Assembly (NCBI GenBank): GCA_977020255.1
Contig: CDROCS010005394.1
Span: 124,001-188,000, forward strand
Direction of reading: 5' to 3'
DNA from: Obrimoposthia wandeli
Taxonomy: Eukaryota
Length of the DNA: 64,000 nucleotides
Shown here: piece after piece, positions 57,316 to 64,000 of the stretch
How the letters are laid out: each line of letters opens with the position of its first letter
Numbering within the stretch: the stretch's first letter is position 1
Position numbers and translations under genes: made by a program
Notes under the pieces: model-generated
Database searches by the model: none
What the model was told of the DNA's origin: nothing
What the model saw: the letters and a program-made list of their open reading frames with translations, nothing else

Positions 57316-57948
57316 ATGGAACAAAACACTACTATAAAGGTCTTAGTGCTATATAAAATAACAACAAAGCCTCCTATGGACCAATTAAACAATAACCTCT
57401 TCTTAGCCATTAACCAGTTTGCAGGCCAAAATCAAGTCGCGGATTACATCTTCATGTTCTTTGCCGAGGCAATGCCCTACCTCTTTATCATCTTTGTCAT
57501 CGGCATATGGTTTCGCAGTGACGAACAAACGAAACGTTATCTTATTGGGGCAACATTAGCATCTATTGTGGGGATCGCGATCAACTCGCTTATCGCTCAA
57601 GTTTACTTTCACCCACGTCCTTTTATGAACGATTTGGGCACCACACTTGTCGCCCATACACCAAACTCATCATTCCCATCTGATCACACTACATTTATGT
57701 TTTGTATCGCATTTAGCTTGTTGTTTCATCAAGCAACAAAAAAATTAGCATTGGGATTAACGGTGTTCGCTATTATAGGTGGGTTATCGCGGGTATATAT
57801 TGGCGTACATTATCCTTTCGATATTGTAGCCGCATCAGTCATGGGGATGATGTCAGCAATGCTAGTACACACTGTTCGATATAAACTTGCAGGTATTTAC
57901 AATCTAATTATTACGACCGGCGATCGCTTAACCAAGCGACTGTTATAG
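57316..57948 (+). CDS. PAP2-family undecaprenyl-diphosphatase (BcrC/YbjG-like)
   Basis: HPRPF, SSFPSDH, SRVYIGVHYPFDI motifs; true start may be the ATG at 57376. Confidence 0.88.
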   Translation: MEQNTTIKVLVLYKITTKPPMDQLNNNLFLAINQFAGQNQVADYIFMFFAEAMPYLFIIFVIGIWFRSDEQTKRYLIGATLASIVGIAINSLIAQVYFHPRPFMNDLGTTLVAHTPNSSFPSDHTTFMFCIAFSLLFHQATKKLALGLTVFAIIGGLSRVYIGVHYPFDIVAASVMGMMSAMLVHTVRYKLAGIYNLIITTGDRLTKRLL

Positions 57949-58039
57949 ATACGAGCCGTGGAGTTCGTCATATGATAGGGATTGAATAAATGTTCCGCAC
58001 CAGCAGCACATCAGATGTTGCTGGTACTATTTGCTAATA

Positions 58040-59218
58040 TTAGGCTTCGCTAACTAAGAAGCGCATGATCTCTTCCATGTCTAAGTTAAAATCATCCGCT
58101 CTTACCGACTGCGCGATACCATCATCAACCACAGACAAGTCAATCTGATTAGAATGTTCAAAATCGCACTTATCTAAACTGTAAAACGAATTCACTTTTG
58201 GGCGAATAGGATCCGCTTGATTATAACCTTCAACAATCGCCAAACGATTAGAATTCAATTTAACCAGTGAACCGACAGGGTAAACGCCCATACATTTGAT
58301 AAAGCCATTAACCAAACTTAAATCTAATTGTCCGGCTTGGCCTAAGCTACGTAAAATACCAAATGCTTTTAACTGAGTAGAGCCTTCTTTATAACAACGA
58401 TTTGCCGTTAAAGCATCGTAGATGTCGCAAATAGTAAGCATGCGCCCATAACGTGAAATTTGCTGTCCAGATAAGCCGTAGGGATAACCTTCACCGTTTA
58501 ACTTTTCATGGTGTAAACCTGCAACATCTAAGCTTATTTTAGAAATACCCGGAATCGATTTAATAATATCGATAGAGTGATTGACGTGTAACTTCATAAC
58601 GCCAAATTCATCAGTGGTTAATTTACCCGGCTTATTGAGGATTTTATCTGGCGTGCGAATTTTGCCTATATCATGTAAAAAAGCACCAATTGCCAGTTCT
58701 CTGATGATGGTTTTTTCAATACCAAGATAACGAGAAAATAACGCCATCAGCATAGATACCGCAAAAGAATGTTCTAACAAATATTCATCTTTTTTACGGA
58801 TATTGATCGCACACATCAGCGCGTCAGAATCGGTAAACAAAGTATCTATTAACTCAGTGGTAAGACTTTTTACTGAACAAAGATCTATCTGTGTACCTTC
58901 TTCAATATGCTGGAATAGCTTTCTCTGCACATCTTTAGACGTTGAAATAAGCGCTTTAGCTTCTATCATCTTCACATTGAACTCTTGTTTACGCCCAAAT
59001 GAGCCAGACCTTAAGGCCGCAGCATCCGCTGCCATTTTGGCATCAAACTTTTCGGTATCCACTAATACGCGTTTAATGCCGAGTTCAATTAACTTATTAA
59101 GCACTACATCATTTTTAATCCATTCTGATGTTGTCAGCCTAAAACTGCCAGTTTGCACGGTGATTTTTTCAATGTAAGTACCCGCAGAAACATCGGCAAT
59201 ATCTTGTTCTATAAGCAT
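58040..59218 (-). CDS. HD-GYP c-di-GMP phosphodiesterase with DUF3391-like N-terminus
   Basis: EYLLEHS, FLHDIGK, HHEKLNGEGYPYG, ICDIYDALT..RCYK, GVYPVGSLV. Confidence 0.92.
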   Translation of the reverse strand: MLIEQDIADVSAGTYIEKITVQTGSFRLTTSEWIKNDVVLNKLIELGIKRVLVDTEKFDAKMAADAAALRSGSFGRKQEFNVKMIEAKALISTSKDVQRKLFQHIEEGTQIDLCSVKSLTTELIDTLFTDSDALMCAINIRKKDEYLLEHSFAVSMLMALFSRYLGIEKTIIRELAIGAFLHDIGKIRTPDKILNKPGKLTTDEFGVMKLHVNHSIDIIKSIPGISKISLDVAGLHHEKLNGEGYPYGLSGQQISRYGRMLTICDIYDALTANRCYKEGSTQLKAFGILRSLGQAGQLDLSLVNGFIKCMGVYPVGSLVKLNSNRLAIVEGYNQADPIRPKVNSFYSLDKCDFEHSNQIDLSVVDDGIAQSVRADDFNLDMEEIMRFLVSEA

Positions 59219-59328
59219 AATAATCAGTGACTCAAAAAAATAATAAATAGTGTTAGAAATGTTACTTTATCACCATATACCGAGTAAATATACCTAATCC
59301 CTACCCCCCTGTTTTTATTCATTTTTTA

Positions 59329-60342
59329 TTAACTGTTTATTAATGATTTAGCCTCTATTTTGTGCGCCGTATGCATGTTTTGTAGTTTTTTGACTAAGTA
59401 TTTTATATAACCAATACTCACCCAAGTGACGACTACCGTTGCGCCCCACAATTCAAACAAAGCCACCACATGCAACTGTGAAATATATTGTTCAGCAATA
59501 CCGATACTGGCAAACCAATCACCGGTGCTATACAAGGCTTTAGCACTGATCACTAACGGAAAGGTAAACGCTGCAAAACCAGGGTTAAAATCTAAGCGGG
59601 ATAAGTGTAACAGCGCCATATAAATAACCACGGTCATCAATAGTGCTATGCCTAATAATACTGCGACGATTACCGGTGATGGTTGGGTCATAAAGGCCAA
59701 GTAACCGGTTAAACATAAGCTTGCTGGCGCCGCTAATATCGCAATTGAGGGTTTCGCACTCGCAGGGATTTTTTCACCAAAAATAAGACGGTTAATCATC
59801 ACAGGTAATAACACCGCATAATTAACAATACCGAAGACTAAAATGGCATAACAAATCGGTTTGAATAACTCAGGTTGTGGACAAGTAAATACGGCAACAA
59901 TTAAACCGATTGGTGGCACAAACCAGCTTGGTACCATATGCTGTAGTTGCATATCTTGGCAACGGTGGTAAAGAAACATGACCAAAAATAAGACATGTAA
60001 CACAATTGCCGCTAGCCATATAAATGAAGCTGTGGCAGGGTAAATAGCCGTTAGCGAACTTGATACCACCATCGTTGCCATAGCAAATGTTGGTACAACA
60101 CTACCAACAACATGATGAGAAAGGTCATTCCAAAGTGTTTGTGGGTGAATAATAAAGCGTAATAACAAAGTGAGTAAGATCAACCCTGCAATCGTTGATG
60201 TCGTATTCTGCACATAACCATTGAAGCCATATATCGACTCCCACAGCGCACCCAGTGATGAAATACCTAAGGCAAGACCTGCTACTGGCGTTGGTAATAA
60301 TTTAAAGTTAATTTTAATTTGGTTTAACATAATGCACCTCAC
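59329..60342 (-). CDS. TDT/SLAC1-family anion transporter (TehA-like)
   Basis: PTPVAGLALG, VPSWFVPPIG, AILAAPASL, FAAFTFPLVI; about 10 TM segments. Confidence 0.88.
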   Translation of the reverse strand: MRCIMLNQIKINFKLLPTPVAGLALGISSLGALWESIYGFNGYVQNTTSTIAGLILLTLLLRFIIHPQTLWNDLSHHVVGSVVPTFAMATMVVSSSLTAIYPATASFIWLAAIVLHVLFLVMFLYHRCQDMQLQHMVPSWFVPPIGLIVAVFTCPQPELFKPICYAILVFGIVNYAVLLPVMINRLIFGEKIPASAKPSIAILAAPASLCLTGYLAFMTQPSPVIVAVLLGIALLMTVVIYMALLHLSRLDFNPGFAAFTFPLVISAKALYSTGDWFASIGIAEQYISQLHVVALFELWGATVVVTWVSIGYIKYLVKKLQNMHTAHKIEAKSLINS

Positions 60343-60427
60343 TTGTTGATGAAGCTATTATAACCCTAGCTTTTAGTTAATTAAATCTGTATCTTTTTAA
60401 CATTGAGTTAAAATAAGTTGAACAAGT

Positions 60428-61324
60428 ATGAATCTATCGTTAAAACAATTACGTGTCTTTGTTGCAGTCAGTCAACAGCAGAGCATTACCCACGCTGCAA
60501 AAAGCTTATTTCTCACCAAAGCAGCAGTAAGCATGGCGCTCAGCGAACTCGAAAATCAATTAGGCCAACGGCTGTTTGATCGTACCAATAACCGTTTACA
60601 CCTCAATCCACACGGTCAACGTTTATTGCCGATTGCCGATGAATTACTGCACCGAGCAGCCAGTATTGATACGCTGTTTCAGCAGTCTGGGCAGCTAATC
60701 GGTGAACTCGCGATTGGTGCAAGCGAAACTATCGGTAATCAGCTCTGCCCTTGGTTACTGGCCCAATTTCGACAACAGACCGCGCACACCCAGCAAACAC
60801 TACACATCAGTAATAGCACCACCATTGCAGAAATGATATTACACTATCAACTGGATATCGGCATTATCGAAGGTGACGTAAACCACAATGATATAGAAAC
60901 AACACCCTGGATAACAGATGAAATGTGCATCATTGTTGCCGCAGATCATCCGCTACTCGAAAGCACCGACTTAACGTTGGCTGATTTAACCGATACGGCG
61001 TGGGTATTACGTGAGTCAGGCTCAGGCAGCCGCGCCTTCTTTAAAAGTCACATAGCCCCCTTGGTTTCTCACTGGCAACTGGCCTATGAACTCAATTCTA
61101 TCGAAGCGCAGTTAAATTTTGTGGCGGCAGGATTAGGGATTGCTTGTGTGTCTAAATTTAGTGCGATACACGCTTTAGACAATGGCCGTGTACGGATATT
61201 ACCGCTCGCGAATAAATTGGAACGACAGTACAAAATTATTATGCATAAGCAAAAGTACAAAAGTGAATTAATCACTGCGTTTATCGACTTTAGCCAACAA
61301 TGGGATAGTTCAGTATTGAAATAG
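60428..61324 (+). CDS. yeiE: LysR-family regulator, YeiE-like
   Basis: LKQLRVF..SITHAA..VSMALSELE..LFDR, IGASETIGN, WVLRESGSGSR, NSIEA; divergent from the TDT gene. Confidence 0.85.
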   Translation: MNLSLKQLRVFVAVSQQQSITHAAKSLFLTKAAVSMALSELENQLGQRLFDRTNNRLHLNPHGQRLLPIADELLHRAASIDTLFQQSGQLIGELAIGASETIGNQLCPWLLAQFRQQTAHTQQTLHISNSTTIAEMILHYQLDIGIIEGDVNHNDIETTPWITDEMCIIVAADHPLLESTDLTLADLTDTAWVLRESGSGSRAFFKSHIAPLVSHWQLAYELNSIEAQLNFVAAGLGIACVSKFSAIHALDNGRVRILPLANKLERQYKIIMHKQKYKSELITAFIDFSQQWDSSVLK

Positions 61325-61352
61325 TTCGGTCTTGAAATAGTTCGGCATTAAT
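61305..61352. repeat. Degenerate 16-bp tandem repeat x3 spanning the lysR stop codon
   Basis: ATAGTTCAGTATTGAA / ATAGTTCGGTCTTGAA / ATAGTTCGGCATTAAT. Confidence 0.85.
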
Positions 61353-61436
61353 ACCTCCACCGCCTTAATCATCACCAACAAGTAAAAAAATACACTAGTA
61401 TTAATAGTAATGTAGGCTGATAATTAAGGTAATTAA

Positions 61437-62231
61437 ATGTTGAATGGACGCATATTTCATCCCCCGTTTCGGCTCGGGCGAAGTCTTGGTATGGTAATAA
61501 TGACAGCCATGGCGGTTAGCCAAGCACATGCTCATGACTCGCCTCTGCACTCGATACCAGAAACACCCTCACAAAATATTATTGTCAATCAGCTAACCGT
61601 CGGGGTGAGTAGCAAATTACGGCATGGTCCGGTACGTTCAGGAGAAACGCTGTCTTCGATAGCCAGACAGCGTGCACCGACGAATATGTCGCGTAAAAAA
61701 TACATGAATATGATTTTACAGCTTAATCCACAAGCGTTTATTAACAACAATAAAAATAAATTAAAAGCCAAAAGCGTGCTCATATTACCGAATTATCAAG
61801 ATAATCATTATACAGTAGGTGATCCTAGTATTGCCAAACAACGCACCCAGTTCAATGACCAAAAAATTCAACGGCTTGAGTATAATGAAAGCTTACAGCT
61901 TAAATCGGATGCTGCAGGCGCACCGTTTTTTCCGCAAGTGCCTATTCGTGTCATCGTCCCGAACACATTAAACCAACAACAAAAACAGGCCAAGTTACAA
62001 GCCCAGATACAACAAACTCAACAAACCGAGATGCACGAACAAGTATCGTTACTGCAACAAATTAACCTACTAGAACAACAACTAAGTGTAAGTCAAGAAA
62101 GCGTAGCCGAACTCAAACACAATCAACAACAACTCGCCTTAAGAAATAAAAACTTACTGCTACAACTTCAAGACTTACACGTGAAATACGAACACATCAT
62201 CAAAAATTATACTTTCAGTCCTAAATTTTAG
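61437..62231 (+). CDS. Secreted FimV/HubP-type LysM domain protein with C-terminal coiled coil
   Basis: Signal peptide ending QAHA; HGPVRSGETLSSIA...ILQLNPQAFINNNKNKLKAKSVLILP (FimV N-terminal core); Gln/Leu heptad region; no TM. Confidence 0.75.
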   Translation: MLNGRIFHPPFRLGRSLGMVIMTAMAVSQAHAHDSPLHSIPETPSQNIIVNQLTVGVSSKLRHGPVRSGETLSSIARQRAPTNMSRKKYMNMILQLNPQAFINNNKNKLKAKSVLILPNYQDNHYTVGDPSIAKQRTQFNDQKIQRLEYNESLQLKSDAAGAPFFPQVPIRVIVPNTLNQQQKQAKLQAQIQQTQQTEMHEQVSLLQQINLLEQQLSVSQESVAELKHNQQQLALRNKNLLLQLQDLHVKYEHIIKNYTFSPKF

Positions 62232-62377
62232 TTAAATAAGGATCTGCAATCGCGACTCCCTTGGTAATAGTTCATTAAATTATTACGCCTGAATACAACA
62301 CCGACCTAGCTGGAAATTTCAGGATAAAGTATACTGACATCTTTGATATCAATCACTGCGAAGGGATAAAGATAAGT

Positions 62378-63016
62378 ATGTCTACCATACGGAAGAAAAA
62401 CGAAGGAAAGATTTTAAAAGCTGCCAGTCAAGTGTTTGCCAGTGAAGGTTACGCAGCAACCAAAACCATTGATATCGCGAAACTTGCCGGTGTACCAAAG
62501 GCCAACGTCTATTATTATTTTGGTAATAAAGAGACATTATATTCCGCTGTATTGGAAACGATCATTGAACCATTGCTCAGCGCAACTCATCCTATCGAGA
62601 CGATTGATAACCCTGCTATCGCCTTAACCGAATACATCAAGACTAAGCTAATCATTTCTCGAGATTACCCTTATGCATCAAAAGTGTTCGCGAATGAGAT
62701 AATGCGCGGTTCGCCATTATTATCTCCCGAAATACGCCAACGTTTAATGAATCAGAGTACCTTTCTACTCAATAAATTTACCCAATGGATTGATGCTGGA
62801 CAGATGGATAACGTATCACCACACCATCTGTTATTTATGATCTGGTCTTCAACGCAAACTTATGCCGACTTTAGCTGGCAGATTAATGCCGTCATGGGTA
62901 AAACATCGCTGGCTGCGAGTGATTATGATGACGCGGCACACCTCATCAGCCAACTGGTGTTAAAAGGCTGTAACGTACGCTCTTGTGATAGCAGTACTAT
63001 GCCAGCTGCGGTTTAA
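62378..63016 (+). CDS. TetR-family regulator, RutR-like
   Basis: IAKLAGVPKANVYYYFGNKETLY HTH; YIKTKLIISRDYPYASKVFANEI, HHLLFMIWSSTQTYADF (RutR-type C-terminus). Confidence 0.9.
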   Translation: MSTIRKKNEGKILKAASQVFASEGYAATKTIDIAKLAGVPKANVYYYFGNKETLYSAVLETIIEPLLSATHPIETIDNPAIALTEYIKTKLIISRDYPYASKVFANEIMRGSPLLSPEIRQRLMNQSTFLLNKFTQWIDAGQMDNVSPHHLLFMIWSSTQTYADFSWQINAVMGKTSLAASDYDDAAHLISQLVLKGCNVRSCDSSTMPAAV

Positions 63017-63019
63017 AGC

Positions 63020-63952
63020 TTAGCTAATCGGACTTAAGATTAATTTTTTGATATCCCCTAAGCCATTTTTAATACGCCGAATTTGAGGGTTAAGCAAAAA
63101 CGCATAACCCTCATAACACAACGCATTCATAAACTTCCTTTGTGTACGGTAATAGTCGGCATAGCCTTCCTTTAATTTAGCATCAGCCAAAGCAAACGTA
63201 TGTTTGCTCAATCCAAGATCACGCTGTTTATAACCCTTAATTATCTGCTCAATACACTTAAGGTGTTGTAAACGCTTACTATCAGTTTGGGTTATGGAAT
63301 CACTACGCATAAGATAACCGGTATAACTTGTTGTTAAGGCAGCCACTTCAAAGTGCTCACAAATTTTTAGCCATAACTGCCAATCTTCGCAATAGCTCAT
63401 ATCGACATCAAACAATCCCACCGTCTTAAAAACAGACGCTTTTACCATTACCGTTGATGTGCCCACCACATTATGAGCCAGTACTTGGGCTAAAGGTTGC
63501 TTGATATAATGGCTCGGTGTCGTCACCTCGGCAAATTGATTCCAATAACCGAAGCAATCAACAATATACTGATATTGTTCATTAACATGGTCATAATTAG
63601 TAAATGACATTGCGACATTCGGATTCGCCTCATGCAAGGCCAGTTGCGCCGATAGTTTATCTAGATACCAATAGTCATCGGCATCTAAAAAGGCAATATA
63701 CTCACCTGCAGCTTGTTCAATCGCAATATTACGCGCACCTGACGCACCAACACCCGTTGTGGTAATCACCTTAACGCAGGCCTCTTGCTGACTTAAGGTA
63801 TCCAAGTATTCAGCCGTTCCATCCGTGCTATTATCATTAACTATAATGATTTCTACATCACTTCGGTCTTGCTGTAAAATACTCGTTATCGCTTTTGGCA
63901 AATAGGCCAAACAGTTATAACTTGGAATAATAACAGAAACTGTATACACCAT
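63020..63952 (-). CDS. Glycosyltransferase family 2
   Basis: VSVIIPSYN, IIVNDNSTDGT, GASGARN, YIAFLDADD (DxD), EDWQLW. Confidence 0.92.
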   Translation of the reverse strand: MVYTVSVIIPSYNCLAYLPKAITSILQQDRSDVEIIIVNDNSTDGTAEYLDTLSQQEACVKVITTTGVGASGARNIAIEQAAGEYIAFLDADDYWYLDKLSAQLALHEANPNVAMSFTNYDHVNEQYQYIVDCFGYWNQFAEVTTPSHYIKQPLAQVLAHNVVGTSTVMVKASVFKTVGLFDVDMSYCEDWQLWLKICEHFEVAALTTSYTGYLMRSDSITQTDSKRLQHLKCIEQIIKGYKQRDLGLSKHTFALADAKLKEGYADYYRTQRKFMNALCYEGYAFLLNPQIRRIKNGLGDIKKLILSPIS

Positions 63953-64000
63953 AACACCATCCTTATGTGACCTGCCGTGCCTGTTTTCATATCTTAAAAA

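Noticed and set aside
1941-63016. Numerous short antisense or overlapping ORFs in the six-frame track (e.g. 1941-2294, 4326-4589, 11541-11765, 21084-21404, 33299-33559, 49303-49650, 58803-59177)
   Set aside because: They lie opposite or inside well-supported genes, lack an RBS or motif, and show the mirror composition expected of shadow ORFs.

Overview
Chromosomal, ~40% GC window from a marine gammaproteobacterium (gene content and style resemble Moritella or other Vibrionales/Alteromonadales relatives; this taxonomic guess is inference). It is mostly core and metabolic DNA. I found no transposase, integrase, phage gene, rRNA or CRISPR array. In order: a partial porin, topA-sohB/yciK, pxpABC (5-oxoprolinase), a TAXI-TRAP transporter with USP, a REC-CheC plus PAS-GGDEF pair, small DUF genes and hydrolases, fhs, yegD, an orphan TraF-family outer-membrane protein, a PLP aminotransferase with an AraC-GyrI regulator, two tandem tRNA-Ser(TGA) units, amt, a yjiH-yjiG-M20 peptidase-frdABCD run, ohr-doxX, envelope lipoproteins with an amidohydrolase-YbaY fusion, the flagellar H-ring genes flgT/flgO/flgP, menA, a double-SBP MltF, a DAACS symporter, a urate/allantoin catabolic cluster (uraH, puuE, uraD, alc, allA, puuD, NCS2), PAP2, HD-GYP, TDT with a YeiE-like LysR, a FimV-type LysM protein, a RutR-like TetR and a GT2. 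The best candidates for something undescribed are: (1) a perfect FNR box positioned as a class II promoter ahead of a putative peptide-uptake/M20-peptidase unit that runs into fumarate reductase; (2) a secreted amidohydrolase fused to a YbaY (pilotin-like) domain beside a YbaY-META lipoprotein; (3) an unrecognised small lipoprotein gene leading the sigma54-driven flgOP operon; (4) a REC-CheC / PAS-GGDEF signalling pair. All functional calls come from motif recognition by eye, with no database search.
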